A stretch of DNA of 64,000 bases from Candidatus Micrarchaeota archaeon (GCA_964579265.1 CAZOFO010000003.1:15968-79967), one strand, 5' to 3'. Shown: positions 45,065 to 56,157, counted from the first letter of the stretch. Numbers and translations are program-made. The notes: generated from the letters alone by a model not told the origin.

Positions 45065-45359
45065 TGTATTTCCTCCAGTTTTTCTTTATTCTGTCTTCAG
45101 GTCTGTGTTTTATTTTTTTACCTTTTATAGTGATTTTTTGGTTGTTTATGGTGAATTTGAATTTTGATGTTTTTTTTGGTATTGTTTTTTCTTTTCCTTT
45201 TTTTGTTTCGATTTTTACCGTGTTTTTTGTTTCGTCTATTATTTTTCCAGTTATTTTTTCTTTGTTTGAGTCTGTGCTTTTTTTTACTTCTACTTCTCTT
45301 CCTATTAATTCGCCCATTATTAATTGGGCTTTTTTCTTTCTTCTTTTTTCCTCCTGCAT
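45048..45359 (-). CDS. rnp1: RNase P protein component 1 (Rpp29/Pop4)
   Basis: GELIGREVEVKKSTDSNKEKITGKIIDETKNTVKIETKKGKEKTIPK...HRPEDRIKK matches Rpp29 Sm-like core; conserved position between SUI1 and rps17. Confidence 0.75.
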   Translation of the reverse strand: MQEEKRRKKKAQLIMGELIGREVEVKKSTDSNKEKITGKIIDETKNTVKIETKKGKEKTIPKKTSKFKFTINNQKITIKGKKIKHRPEDRIKKNWRKYNDLYR

Positions 45360-45379
45360 TTTTTTCCTTTTTCTGTGGT

Positions 45380-45694
45380 TTATTTGATGTTTATTTGTTC
45401 TTCTGTGTAGTTCATGTCTTTTAATATTTCTTTCATTTTTCTTTTATGGTTTCCTTGTAGTTCTATTTTTCCTTTGTCTTCTTTGTATGTTCCTCCGCAT
45501 GCTAGTTTCTTTTTCAGGTCGCTTGCCAGTGATTCTAGGTCTATTTCGTCTCCGAATCCTTCTACCACTGTCATTTCTTTTCCGTATCTTTTTTTCTCTA
45601 TTTTTACTGTGATCTCTTGTTCTTCTTTGCTTATTTCTTCACATACACAGAGTTCTTTTGGCATTCCACATGTTGCGCAGACTTCTTGAGCCAT
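45380..45694 (-). CDS. Translation initiation factor SUI1 (aIF1)
   Basis: CATCGMPKELCVCEE zinc knuckle plus SUI1 core ...LKKKLACGGT...IELQGNH. Confidence 0.85.
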   Translation of the reverse strand: MAQEVCATCGMPKELCVCEEISKEEQEITVKIEKKRYGKEMTVVEGFGDEIDLESLASDLKKKLACGGTYKEDKGKIELQGNHKRKMKEILKDMNYTEEQINIK

Positions 45695-45910
45695 TTAGTT
45701 CTTTGCACCTCTTTCTTTTAATATTGTTTTTATCCTTGCGATTGTTCTTCTTATTTCTTTGATTCCTCCAGGGTTATCTGGTTGGGTTCCTGAAGCTATT
45801 GATGCTTTTTCTTGAGCTAGTTCGTTTTGTAGTTGATTTAATTGTTCTTTTAGTTCTTCGTTTCCCATTTCTCTTAGTTCGTGAATTTTCTTTATTGCCA
45901 TTTTAATCAC
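45695..45910 (-). CDS. rpl29: 50S ribosomal protein L29 (uL29)
   Basis: IKKIHELREMGNEELKEQLNQLQNEL. Confidence 0.8.
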   Translation of the reverse strand: MIKMAIKKIHELREMGNEELKEQLNQLQNELAQEKASIASGTQPDNPGGIKEIRRTIARIKTILKERGAKN

Positions 45911-46526
45911 TTTCTTCTTCTTTTATTTCTATGTATTCTTCTGGGTTTTTCTTGTCTCTGAATTGTGCTTCTGGTGGTGCTATTCTTACTTTTATTCCTA
46001 CTTTTCCTTGTGGTAGTACTATGCTGTCTTTTGTTTCTCTTATTTTTTTGGTTTCTTCTCCTGCTTTTTTGAGATATCCTCTTTGTGCTTTTGCTTGTCT
46101 TGAGTAGGTGTTTGCTCCTGTTATGACTCCTGTGATTATGATCTCTGCTCCTATTGCTCCGTCATCCATGATGGCGTTTATTGCTTTTTTAGTCGCTCTG
46201 TTTGCTCTGATGCCTTTTGAAAGCATTGATTTTATCCAGTTACTAACTAGTTCTGGGTGTAGGTTTCTTCTTTCTACTTCTTCAACATCTATTTCTACAT
46301 CTTCTAGTTTTAGGTCTTTTTCTAGTTTCTTTTTTATTCTTTTGACTGTTTTTCCTCTTTTACCTATTATTAATCCTGGTTTTTCTGCTGTTATTCTTAT
46401 TCTGTGGCCTAAGGTTGTTTTTTCTATGTCTATGTTTACTATGCCTGCTTTTGATAGTTCTTCTCTTAGCAGTTCTTTTGCGTTTTGTGTTTTTATTGAT
46501 CCTTTTACGAATTCTTTTTCTTTCAT
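45903..46526 (-). CDS. rps3: 30S ribosomal protein S3 (uS3)
   Basis: KH domain ...ITAEKPGLIIGKRGKTVKRIKKKL...; 207 aa. Confidence 0.85.
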   Translation of the reverse strand: MKEKEFVKGSIKTQNAKELLREELSKAGIVNIDIEKTTLGHRIRITAEKPGLIIGKRGKTVKRIKKKLEKDLKLEDVEIDVEEVERRNLHPELVSNWIKSMLSKGIRANRATKKAINAIMDDGAIGAEIIITGVITGANTYSRQAKAQRGYLKKAGEETKKIRETKDSIVLPQGKVGIKVRIAPPEAQFRDKKNPEEYIEIKEEESD

Positions 46527-46539
46527 TTTTTATCCTTTT

Positions 46540-46983
46540 TTATTTTTTGTTTTGTTTGATTACTATTTCGATGTCTGTTAGGTTTGTTGATCTTGCTCTT
46601 TGGTTTCTTCTTGGTTTTCTTACGGATCCTGATTTTTTTGCTGCTGAGTGGACTATTTTCATGTTTTCTGTTTCTAGTCCTTGGTTTTCAGCGTTGTTTA
46701 GGGCGTTTTGTATTGTTTCTTTTACTTTTTCTGCTGATTTTTTTGGGTATCCGCCCGGTGTTCCTTTTTTTCTGTGTGGTGTTTTTTTGTTGTATCTTTT
46801 GTAGGGGATGTATTCTTCTTTTTTTATCACTTTTTCCAGGTATTCTATTGCTTTTTTGGCTTTCATTTCTTTTACTGCTCTGCATGTTTCGATTGTTTTT
46901 TTTGGTGATACTGTTTCTCTTCTTTTTTTTGCTTTTGCCGTGTTTTCCATTGGTCCTTGGTAGCTGAAACTCATTTTTATCAC
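46540..46983 (-). CDS. rpl22: 50S ribosomal protein L22 (uL22)
   Basis: VSPKKTIETCRAVKEMKAKKAIEYLEKV... Confidence 0.8.
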   Translation of the reverse strand: MIKMSFSYQGPMENTAKAKKRRETVSPKKTIETCRAVKEMKAKKAIEYLEKVIKKEEYIPYKRYNKKTPHRKKGTPGGYPKKSAEKVKETIQNALNNAENQGLETENMKIVHSAAKKSGSVRKPRRNQRARSTNLTDIEIVIKQNKK

Positions 46984-46985
46984 TT

Positions 46986-47387
46986 TTATTTGACGGATAG
47001 GAATTTGGTTCCTCTTGTTGCTCCGATTCCTGGTCCTGAGTGTTTGACTTTTTCTAATCTTGGTAGTGCGAATTCTCCTAGGTAGTGACCGATCATTTTA
47101 GGTTTTATTTCGATTGTTTTCCATTCTTTTCCGTTATATACTTTTATTTTTTCGTTGAATATTTCTGGTAAGATTATGAGGTCTCTTTGATGTGTTTTTA
47201 CGAGTTCGTTGCCGTTGTTATTTTTTATTTTTTCAATTAGTTTTTCTTGTTCGTTTGTTAGTCCTCTTTTTAGAGTTCTTCTTTGTCTTGCGGGTAGTAG
47301 TTCGGCTATTTCTTCTCTGCTCATTTTCTTTAGTTCTTTTGGTGTTTTTCCTCTGTATTTGAATTCTTCTTTAGCCATTTTTTGCAC
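46986..47387 (-). CDS. rps19: 30S ribosomal protein S19 (uS19)
   Basis: ...MIGHYLGEFALPRLEKVKHSGPGIGATRGTKFLSVK. Confidence 0.85.
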   Translation of the reverse strand: MQKMAKEEFKYRGKTPKELKKMSREEIAELLPARQRRTLKRGLTNEQEKLIEKIKNNNGNELVKTHQRDLIILPEIFNEKIKVYNGKEWKTIEIKPKMIGHYLGEFALPRLEKVKHSGPGIGATRGTKFLSVK

Positions 47388-47395
47388 CTCTTATT

Positions 47396-48124
47396 TTATT
47401 TTTTGTTTTTTCCTTTCTTTTTCCCTGTTTGTTTTGATCCGAATGATCCTACGTGTTGTCCAGGAGGGGCTGTTTTTCCTTTTTTGGTGACTGTTTGTCT
47501 TCCAGTTCCTCCGAATGGGTGGTCCACTGCGTTCATTGCTACTCCTCTTACTGTTGGGAATTTTTGTCCTCTTGCTTTTTTCTTGTGGTATTGTTTTCCT
47601 GCTTTTAGTATTGGTTTTTCTGTTCTTCCTCCACCTGCTGCTTTTCCTATTGTTGCTCTGCATTTTGGATGGAATTCTTTGATTGTTTTGCTTGGTAGTG
47701 TGACTTGTATTTTTGTTTTTTCTTTTGCTGTGACCCAGCTTAGTGCTCCTGATGATCTTGCTATTTTTCCTCCGTCTCCTGGAGTGTTTTCTATGTTGTA
47801 TACTGGGTATCCTTCCGGTATGTTTTGTAGTGATGTGATGTTGTGTAGGTTAGGTTCTGCTTTATATCCTGTTTTTATTTTTTCCCCTATTTTTGCTCCT
47901 TCGGGCGCTGGGAGATAACCTTTTTCTCCTGTTTCATATTTTAGCTCCATTATTAACGCGGTTCTTGATGGATCGTTTATTATGTCTTGTATTTGTGCTT
48001 CTGTTTCTTTTTCTGCGTTTTCTCTGTATCTTGTGATGGCTTTGAATCTGTGTGATTTTGCTTTGTAGGTTGGTGTTCCTTTTCCTCTTCTTTGTTGTCT
48101 TAGTCTTCTTCCCATTTTGTTCAC
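47396..48124 (-). CDS. rpl2: 50S ribosomal protein L2 (uL2)
   Basis: ...GVAMNAVDHPFGGTGRQ... C-terminal uL2 signature. Confidence 0.9.
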   Translation of the reverse strand: MNKMGRRLRQQRRGKGTPTYKAKSHRFKAITRYRENAEKETEAQIQDIINDPSRTALIMELKYETGEKGYLPAPEGAKIGEKIKTGYKAEPNLHNITSLQNIPEGYPVYNIENTPGDGGKIARSSGALSWVTAKEKTKIQVTLPSKTIKEFHPKCRATIGKAAGGGRTEKPILKAGKQYHKKKARGQKFPTVRGVAMNAVDHPFGGTGRQTVTKKGKTAPPGQHVGSFGSKQTGKKKGKNKK

Positions 48125-48128
48125 CTTT

Positions 48129-48404
48129 TTATATTAGTTGTAGGTCTGTTGCTAGATCCATTGCGTTGTAGTCTGATGTTAGTTTTACTATTGCTTTTTT
48201 TGTGTTTTCCATTGTATTTAAGGTATTTATGTCTTCTACTTCGACTTCGTATAGTTCTTCTATTGCTTTTTTTATCTGTTTTTTGTTTGCGTTTTGTTTA
48301 ACTATGAATGTTAATTTGTTTTCTAGCTCTATTGAATTCATGGCTTTTTCAGATAGTACAGGGTATTCTACTATTTCTCTTGGTTTTATCTGTTTTTCAG
48401 CCAT
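48129..48404 (-). CDS. rpl23: 50S ribosomal protein L23 (uL23)
   Basis: PVLSEKAMNSIELENKLTFIVKQNANKKQIKKAIEELYEVEV. Confidence 0.85.
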   Translation of the reverse strand: MAEKQIKPREIVEYPVLSEKAMNSIELENKLTFIVKQNANKKQIKKAIEELYEVEVEDINTLNTMENTKKAIVKLTSDYNAMDLATDLQLI

Positions 48405-48416
48405 TTTTGATCACTT

Positions 48417-49235
48417 TTAATTGTTTTGTATTTTGTTTTTTATTTTTTTGATCGCGTCTTCAGTGTATATTGTGAGTCTTCCAGGTTGTCCTCCTGGTGC
48501 GAGTTGTTCTATTGATAGTTCTTTTACTGTTGTTGCTTCTGCTCCAGGTATGTTCCGTGTTGCTCTCTTTATTCCGTTGTTTTTTCCAGTTACTATTAGT
48601 GCTGTTTTTCTATATTTGTTTTTTCTTCCTCTTGCTTTTCCTTTTCCTGCTCTTGTTTTTTTATTTTTTGATTTTTCTAGGTCTTTTTTTATTCCTATTT
48701 CTTCAAGTAGTTTTGTTATTTCTTTTGTTTTTTTGTATTTTTCAGCTTCGTTGTCTATTATTATTGGTAATTCTAGGTCTTCAGGTATTTTATGTCCTCT
48801 TTTTTCTATTGTTTCTCTGTTTGCTGTGGCTTTTATTGCTTCTTCTAGGGCTCTGTTTTTTTCTTTTTTGTTTATTTCTTTTTCTATTTTTTCTTCTGAT
48901 CTTGGTGGATGTGCTCTGTGTCCTCCTCTTGCTTGTGGTACTCTTTTTACTTCTCCAGGTATTCCTCCAGGATGTATTACTCTTGGTAGTCTTGCTCTTC
49001 CGCTGTTTCTTGTTCTTATGTATACTCCTCTTCTTCCTCTGTATCTTGCAGTTGTTCTGAATCCTGCTCTTAAGTCGCTTCCTTTTTGCTGATGTTTTTT
49101 ACTTCTTTCTGATTTGTGAGCTTTTTGGATTAGGTCTTTCCTTTCTGTTTTTTCTTGAAGGATTCTTGGAACTTCTATCTTTTTCTCTTTATTTTTTCCT
49201 GTGCTGTGCACTTTTACTTTTTTTCCTTTTGTCAT
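48417..49235 (-). CDS. rpl4: 50S ribosomal protein L4 (uL4/L1e)
   Basis: ...PRVIHPGGIPGEVKRVPQARGGHRAHPPRSEEK... Confidence 0.85.
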   Translation of the reverse strand: MTKGKKVKVHSTGKNKEKKIEVPRILQEKTERKDLIQKAHKSERSKKHQQKGSDLRAGFRTTARYRGRRGVYIRTRNSGRARLPRVIHPGGIPGEVKRVPQARGGHRAHPPRSEEKIEKEINKKEKNRALEEAIKATANRETIEKRGHKIPEDLELPIIIDNEAEKYKKTKEITKLLEEIGIKKDLEKSKNKKTRAGKGKARGRKNKYRKTALIVTGKNNGIKRATRNIPGAEATTVKELSIEQLAPGGQPGRLTIYTEDAIKKIKNKIQNN

Positions 49236-49248
49236 TTTTATCTCCTTT

Positions 49249-50232
49249 TTATTTTCCTTGATGTGATGTTGTTGCTATTTTTTTGATTTCGAGTGTTCCT
49301 TCTTTTTTTGGAGGTCTTACTGCGTGTCTTAGAAGTATTGGTCTTTTAGCTGGTCCTGGTACGCTTCCTTTTATTAGCATGTATTGGTTTTTTACTTCTC
49401 CGTAGTTTTTGTATCCTCCTTTTGGTGTGGTTTCTTCTCCGTTCTCTCCTATTTTTAGTATTTGTTTATTTAACTCGGTTCTTTTGTGAAATCCTGTCTG
49501 TCCGCTCATTGGGACTGTCCACAGTATTCTTGGAGGGTGCCATCCTCCTAGTGATCCAGGGTGTCTTATGCGTTTTTTTGCTTTTCTTACCTGGGTCTTT
49601 ATTCCAAATCTTTTTACTGGTCCTTGTGTTCCTTTTCCTTTTGTTACTCCTATTACGTCTGTGTATTGTCCTTCTTTGAACACGTCTTCGAGTTTTATTT
49701 CTTTTCCAAGTAGTTTTTCTGCTTTTTCTAGTCTTTTTTCTTGGTTTGGCCCTTGGACTGGTATCTCTAGTATTTCAGGTTTCTTCTTTCCTATTTTGGT
49801 TCTTTTTGGTTGTGTGTGTACCATTAGTCTTACTTCTTCTGTTTTTTCTGTTTCTTTGGTTTTTTCTTCGTTGCCTTTCCCTTCTCCTATCTGTATTTTT
49901 TCTTTTATTTCCTTGTCTATTTGATCTGAGTAGTATTGTGAATGTGGTTTTAGCCCTTCCTGTGTGTTTCTGTAGGTTCTTATCCCGTAAGTTTTTAGTG
50001 GAGGGCATTCTATTGTGGTTACTGGAACCTGTTTTTGTTTTCCATAAGTAGGTGAATCTTGATCTGTGTCTAATGCCATTACGTGAGTCATGCCTGCTTT
50101 GTAACCTAGGAATCCTTCTATTCTTTCTTCTTTTGTTTTTTGATAATTCTTTAAGTTAGGGTATGTCTTTTTTGCTTTTTTGAATGGTCTGTGTGCTTTT
50201 GAACCGTGTCTTGGCCTATTGGTTTTTACCAT
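49249..50232 (-). CDS. rpl3: 50S ribosomal protein L3 (uL3)
   Basis: HRPRHGSKAHRPFKK...FLGYKAGMTHV...; first gene of the L3-L4-L23-L2 block; AGGTGA Shine-Dalgarno upstream. Confidence 0.9.
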   Translation of the reverse strand: MVKTNRPRHGSKAHRPFKKAKKTYPNLKNYQKTKEERIEGFLGYKAGMTHVMALDTDQDSPTYGKQKQVPVTTIECPPLKTYGIRTYRNTQEGLKPHSQYYSDQIDKEIKEKIQIGEGKGNEEKTKETEKTEEVRLMVHTQPKRTKIGKKKPEILEIPVQGPNQEKRLEKAEKLLGKEIKLEDVFKEGQYTDVIGVTKGKGTQGPVKRFGIKTQVRKAKKRIRHPGSLGGWHPPRILWTVPMSGQTGFHKRTELNKQILKIGENGEETTPKGGYKNYGEVKNQYMLIKGSVPGPAKRPILLRHAVRPPKKEGTLEIKKIATTSHQGK

Positions 50233-50467
50233 TTCTTATTCACCTTTCTTTTAGGTATTTTTTGATGGTTATACGTTGCTCCTTTTTTGTTTGGCTCCCT
50301 TTAGAAAAGTAGGTTCTCTCAAACCCACTTTCAACGTATTTAACGTTGTAGTTTGGGAGGTTTAATATGAGATTATAATTAGTTTCTTTCTTTTTCTCTG
50401 TTTTTACTTCTTTTTTGTTGCTGTTTTTTCTCGTATATATCTTTTCCTCATTGGTGTTTATATAAGT

Positions 50468-50914
50468 TTATTTGTTTTGCTTATTTTTTCCCTTTTTTGG
50501 GTGTTTTTTCTTTTTTATGTAATCTTTTACTATTTTATCGTGGTCGAACCCTGTTTCTTCTTTTTCTATTTCCACGGGTTTTTTCCATTTTGTTTCGTTT
50601 GCTTCATAGTTTGTTTTTAATTTTTTTTCTGCTTCTTTTTTATCTTTTTCTTTTGTTATGTATGCTATTGATACGTATCTTCCTCTTGGATCTCTTCCTG
50701 GTTCTGAGTATACTCCTAGTAGTTTTTCTATTTCTATATCTAGGTTGGTTTCTTCTTTTGCTTCTCTTTTAGCTGTTTTTTCTATTTTTTCATCTTTCTT
50801 CATTTTTCCTCCGGGCAGAACCCATTTTCCTTTGAATGGTGTTACGTCTCTTTTTATTAGAAGTATTTCTCCTTTTTTATTTGGTATTACTATATCTGCG
50901 GCTAATTTAACCAT
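50468..50914 (-). CDS. NUDIX hydrolase
   Basis: Nudix box GGKMKKDEKIEKTAKREAKEETNL (GX5EX7REUXEEXGU). Confidence 0.8.
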   Translation of the reverse strand: MVKLAADIVIPNKKGEILLIKRDVTPFKGKWVLPGGKMKKDEKIEKTAKREAKEETNLDIEIEKLLGVYSEPGRDPRGRYVSIAYITKEKDKKEAEKKLKTNYEANETKWKKPVEIEKEETGFDHDKIVKDYIKKKKHPKKGKNKQNK

Positions 50915-50923
50915 TTTTTATCA

Positions 50924-51295
50924 CTATGCGGTCCAGGATATGAAGTATCCGAAGAAGAAAAGCATTATGCTTATTAGGAACTGTGTGCTGGTTACTAGGT
51001 GAATTGTTGTTTGTTTTGTGAGTATTGTTATTGCTATTGCGGTGAGGGTTGGCAGGTAGAGTGATCTTCCTATTATTAATTTAAATTTTCTATTTGTTTT
51101 ACATGTTTTTAATAGTCCTCTGAGCCCTATTAGCGTTAAGAGGGTGCCTAGTATGAAAGTTGATCGTATCCAGGGAACTATTCCTACTAATCCTTTTACG
51201 TATTCTGTTCCGTATATGGTTACATCTAGTGTTATTAGTAGCATTATCAGGCCGATTTGGAATATTTTTCCCCAGAGATATTTTGATAGCACCAT
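50924..51295 (-). CDS. Hypothetical 4-TM membrane protein
   Basis: 123 aa with four hydrophobic segments; no recognisable motif. Confidence 0.35.
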   Translation of the reverse strand: MVLSKYLWGKIFQIGLIMLLITLDVTIYGTEYVKGLVGIVPWIRSTFILGTLLTLIGLRGLLKTCKTNRKFKLIIGRSLYLPTLTAIAITILTKQTTIHLVTSTQFLISIMLFFFGYFISWTA

Positions 51296-51381
51296 GTTTA
51301 TAGATAAGTGGAGCAGGGTTTAAAGTTCTGTTGTTCTCTTCGTTTTTTCAGATGAAGAAGTATTTTTTAAAAAAGTTTGCA

Positions 51382-51463
51382 CGCCGGGAAAGGGATTCGA
51401 ACCCTTGAGGCCGTAAGGCCACCGGCCCTCAAAACCGGCGCATTACCGCTCTGCCATCCCGGC
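51382..51463 (-). tRNA. tRNA-Ser (anticodon TGA), class II, no intron
   Basis: Manual fold: acceptor GCCGGGA/TCCCGGC, D-loop AGCGGTAA, anticodon arm CCGGT-TTTGAGG-GCCGG, variable arm GGCC-TTAC-GGCC, T-arm AAGGG-TTCGAAT-CCCTT; 82 nt. Confidence 0.75.
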
Positions 51464-51584
51464 TTAATTGTATTTCTTAATAATAGTTTAGATTCTTGTA
51501 GTAAAAAACTGCTTGGGTGAGCCTGAGTAAGGGGAGAATATAGGGAATATTTTAGTTTGTTTTTAGGGTAAGATAGTGTATTTT

Positions 51585-52091
51585 TTATTTGTTGTCTCCT
51601 TTTGCTTTCTTTACTTTTTCCGCGTATTCTGTTTTTTCTTTTTCTGCCCATTCTTCAGGATATTGTTTTATTATTTTTCCTTCCTTGTTTTTTGTTATCA
51701 TTTCCTTTATTCCAGCATTTATTAGTACTCTTTTACATCTGCTGCATGGTTTTGATTTTGTTCTTTCTTCTGTTTCAGGGTCTACTCCTATTATGTAGAG
51801 TTTTCCTCCTTTTATCTGTGTTCCTTGTCTAGCTGCATTTACCACTGCGTTTTCTTCTGAGTGTACTGCTGGGCATAAGTCGTATCTTCCGTATCTAGGT
51901 GCATTGGCTTCGTTTTTGAGGCATCCTTCTTTGCAGTTTGTGCTTCCTCTGGGTGGGCCGTTGTATCCAGTTGAGACTATTGCATCGTTTTTAACTATTA
52001 TTGATCCGAATTTTCTTCTTTTGCATGGGCTTCTTTTTCCTACTGCTCTGGCTATTTTTAAGTAGTATTCGTCTTTTTCTGGTCTTGGCAT
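51585..52091 (-). CDS. dCMP deaminase (cytidine/deoxycytidylate deaminase family)
   Basis: Zinc motifs HSEENAV and PCSRCKRVLINAGI (H-x-E ... PC-x-x-C). Confidence 0.8.
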   Translation of the reverse strand: MPRPEKDEYYLKIARAVGKRSPCKRRKFGSIIVKNDAIVSTGYNGPPRGSTNCKEGCLKNEANAPRYGRYDLCPAVHSEENAVVNAARQGTQIKGGKLYIIGVDPETEERTKSKPCSRCKRVLINAGIKEMITKNKEGKIIKQYPEEWAEKEKTEYAEKVKKAKGDNK

Positions 52092-52127
52092 TTTCTTGCC
52101 TCTTGTATTTTTTTGAGTTTTGGAGAA

Positions 52128-52445
52128 TTATTCTTCTTCTTTTAGTTCTATCTCGATTTTTACTTCTGAGGGTACTTCTGTTCTCATTATTTGTCTGAGT
52201 GTTCTTTCGTCGGACTCTATTTCTATTAGTCTTTTGTGTACTCTCATTTTCCAGTTTTCGAATGTTCTGGATCCGTCTCCGCATGGGCTTTTCATGGTGC
52301 TGACTTTCATTTCTTTTGTTGGTAGTGGTATTGGTCCTGAAATGTTTATACCTGTTTTTTCAGCTATCCTTTTGATTTCTTCGCATAGTTCTTCTAGTTT
52401 CTGATGGTCTGGGCTTATTGCTCTTATTTTTGCTTTTTGTGGCAT
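52128..52445 (-). CDS. rps10: 30S ribosomal protein S10 (uS10)
   Basis: KIRAISPDHQKLEELCEEIKRIAEKTGINISGPIPLPTK... Confidence 0.85.
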   Translation of the reverse strand: MPQKAKIRAISPDHQKLEELCEEIKRIAEKTGINISGPIPLPTKEMKVSTMKSPCGDGSRTFENWKMRVHKRLIEIESDERTLRQIMRTEVPSEVKIEIELKEEE

Positions 52446-52516
52446 TGTTCAGCACCTTGTCTGTTTTTTTAGATTTTTCTCCTGTATATTAAAAGAAAAG
52501 GAGAGGGGTTGGGGTT

Positions 52517-53794
<1,278 letters not shown>

Positions 53795-53827
53795 GTAAGC
53801 ACCTCCATTAGTGTTAGTTTTATGATG

Positions 53828-53849
53828 GGTACTGCATTTTCACAGTACC
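53828..53849 (-). other. Perfect 7-bp inverted repeat (GGTACTG-8nt-CAGTACC) in the EF2-EF1A intergenic leader
   Basis: Seen directly in sequence. A possible stem-loop in the tuf 5' leader or fusA 3' end; not followed by a T-run on the transcribed strand. Confidence 0.3.
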
Positions 53850-53919
53850 TTTTCTGCTCTACCTATATTGTTCTTATTCTTATTTAAATACTTTGTAGAG
53901 TCTCTTTGAATTTGCTTTT

Positions 53920-56109
53920 TTAGATTAGTTCTTGCGGTTTTGGTGGTTCGTCTTTTAGTCCTTTTCTTTTTCTTATTTCTCTTATTTTCTCTTGCTGTAG
54001 GTTCTTTGGTAATGGTTCGTATCCGTAGTATTCTTGACTCCAAAGTGCTTTTCCTTTTGTCAAGCTTCTTATATCGTTCGAGAATCCGAATGTTTCTGCT
54101 ACGGGGACTTTTGCTCTTACTTCTGCTGTTCTTCCTTTTTGTTCTATGTTTTCTACTTCTCCTCTTCTGTTTCTTATGTCTTTTGTTATTTCTCCTATGA
54201 AGTCCTGTGGTGTATCTATGTATATCATTTTCTTTGGTTCCAGGAGTTTTGGTTTTCCTGATAGAACGGTTGCTTTTATTCCTTTTTTGAGTGTTGGTAC
54301 TACTTGTGCTGGTCCTCTGTGTACTGCGTCTTCGTGTAGTGATGCGTCTTTTAGGAGTATTTTTACTTTTGATAGTCTTTCTCTTGATAGGGGTCCTTCT
54401 TCTACTGCTTCTTCAAAAGCTTGTACTATTAGGTCTTTTGTTTCGTTTAGGTATTGGACTCCTTTGCTGTCGTCTATAAGCATGTTTTGTCCTTTTATGC
54501 TCCAGATGTTTTTTGCTCTTTTTTTGTCCATTCCCATTTCTCTTAGTTTTTTTGCTAGTTCTTTTTTATCTCTTATTTTCTGTTCTATGTCTCCTTCTTT
54601 TATTGCTTCTGCTATTTCTTCTTCTAATGGTTCTGCTTGTATTACGAATTGATTGTGTCTGTTAGGTGTTTTTGGTTTTAGTTCTCCAGAGTTTTGGGTT
54701 GTTGTTTCTCTGTATACTACGATTGGTTGGCTTGTTGAGCATTCTACTCCTTTGTGTTTTGAGATTTTTTCTTCGGTAACTTCTAGGTGTAGTTCTCCTT
54801 GTCCTGAGATTCTGTATTCTCCTGTTTCTTCGTTTATTTCTACTTTTATTGTTGGGTCTTCTTTTTCTATTTCTCTCATTGCTTTTATTAGGTCTGGGAG
54901 TTCTTTTGGTGTTTTTGGTTCGATTGATTTTGTTACTACTGGGTCTGAGTGGTGTTCTATGCTTTCGAATGGTTCTATGTCTATTTCTGATACTGTTTCT
55001 CCTGAGAATGCGTCTCCTATTCCGGTTACTGCTGCTATGTTTCCTGCTGGTACGTCTTCAAGTTGTTTTCTTCCTGATTCCATTGCTATTCCTACTTGTT
55101 GGATCTTTGTTTCTATGTGAGAGTTCAGAAGTTTTACTTTTTGACCTTCTTTTACGCTTCCGCTGTAGACTCTGGCGTTTGCTACTTCTCCTACATGTGG
55201 GTCTTTGTGCAGATCTGTAACTAGCATTATTGTTTCTTCATCCCTGTTGCATTCCTTCATTATTTTTCCTTCGTGGGATTCTATGTCTCCTTTCCATATC
55301 TCTGGTATTCTGTATTCTTGTGATTCTTTTGGGTTTGGTAGGTGTTTTGCTACCATGTCGAGCACTACTCTGTATACTGGTGTTTTTTCCGCTAGTTCTT
55401 TTTGTTTTTCTTCTTTTAGGTAGTCGTATATGTCTTTGAATGTTATTCCTGTTTTTTCCATGTAGGGTTTGGATATTCCCCAGTTGTACAGGGCTGATCC
55501 AAAGGCTACTTTTCCGTCTTCTACAGTCATTTGCCATTCTTTGGCGAGTTTTTTGTTAGGTGCGTAATTTTTTATTAGTTGGTTAACTTCTTTTATGGTT
55601 TCCATTAGTCTTTCTTGAAGTTCTTTTTCATTTACTTGTAGTTCTGTGATTAATCTATCTACTTTATTAATGTAAAGTACGGGCTTGACTTTTTCTTCTA
55701 AGGCTTGTCTTACTACTGTTTCTGTTTGAGGCATTACTCCTTCTACTGCTCCCACTACTATTATGCATCCATCTACTGCTCTCATTGCTCTTGTTACTTC
55801 TCCTCCGAAGTCCACGTGTCCAGGTGTGTCTATGAGGTTTACTAGGTATTCGTCATCATCGTATTCGTAAACCATTGATATGTTTGCGCTTTCTATTGTT
55901 ATTCCTCTTTCTTGTTCTTCTTCCATTGTGTCCATTACTAGTTCTTCTCCTGCTAGTTCTCCGCTCATTAATCCTGCTCCGTGTATTAAGTTGTCTGATA
56001 GTGTTGTTTTACCGTGGTCGATATGTGCGGCTATTCCTATGTTTCTGATTTTTTCGGTTTCGTGCATTAGGTCGTGGACTCTTTCTGCCATCTTTTCTTT
56101 TCTACCCAT
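53920..56109 (-). CDS. fusA: Elongation factor 2 (aEF-2)
   Basis: IRNIGIAAHIDHGKTTLSDNL, DTPGHVDF, NKVD; 729 aa. Confidence 0.95.
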   Translation of the reverse strand: MGRKEKMAERVHDLMHETEKIRNIGIAAHIDHGKTTLSDNLIHGAGLMSGELAGEELVMDTMEEEQERGITIESANISMVYEYDDDEYLVNLIDTPGHVDFGGEVTRAMRAVDGCIIVVGAVEGVMPQTETVVRQALEEKVKPVLYINKVDRLITELQVNEKELQERLMETIKEVNQLIKNYAPNKKLAKEWQMTVEDGKVAFGSALYNWGISKPYMEKTGITFKDIYDYLKEEKQKELAEKTPVYRVVLDMVAKHLPNPKESQEYRIPEIWKGDIESHEGKIMKECNRDEETIMLVTDLHKDPHVGEVANARVYSGSVKEGQKVKLLNSHIETKIQQVGIAMESGRKQLEDVPAGNIAAVTGIGDAFSGETVSEIDIEPFESIEHHSDPVVTKSIEPKTPKELPDLIKAMREIEKEDPTIKVEINEETGEYRISGQGELHLEVTEEKISKHKGVECSTSQPIVVYRETTTQNSGELKPKTPNRHNQFVIQAEPLEEEIAEAIKEGDIEQKIRDKKELAKKLREMGMDKKRAKNIWSIKGQNMLIDDSKGVQYLNETKDLIVQAFEEAVEEGPLSRERLSKVKILLKDASLHEDAVHRGPAQVVPTLKKGIKATVLSGKPKLLEPKKMIYIDTPQDFIGEITKDIRNRRGEVENIEQKGRTAEVRAKVPVAETFGFSNDIRSLTKGKALWSQEYYGYEPLPKNLQQEKIREIRKRKGLKDEPPKPQELI

Positions 56110-56157
56110 TTCTATCTCCTCGTGTTAATTTTTGTTTTTAGAATTTATATTATTTTT

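Noticed and set aside
51367-51651. 94-aa minus-strand ORF overlapping the tRNA-Ser(TGA) gene
   Set aside because: It reads through a well-folded tRNA gene and yields an R/K-rich low-complexity peptide, so it is spurious.
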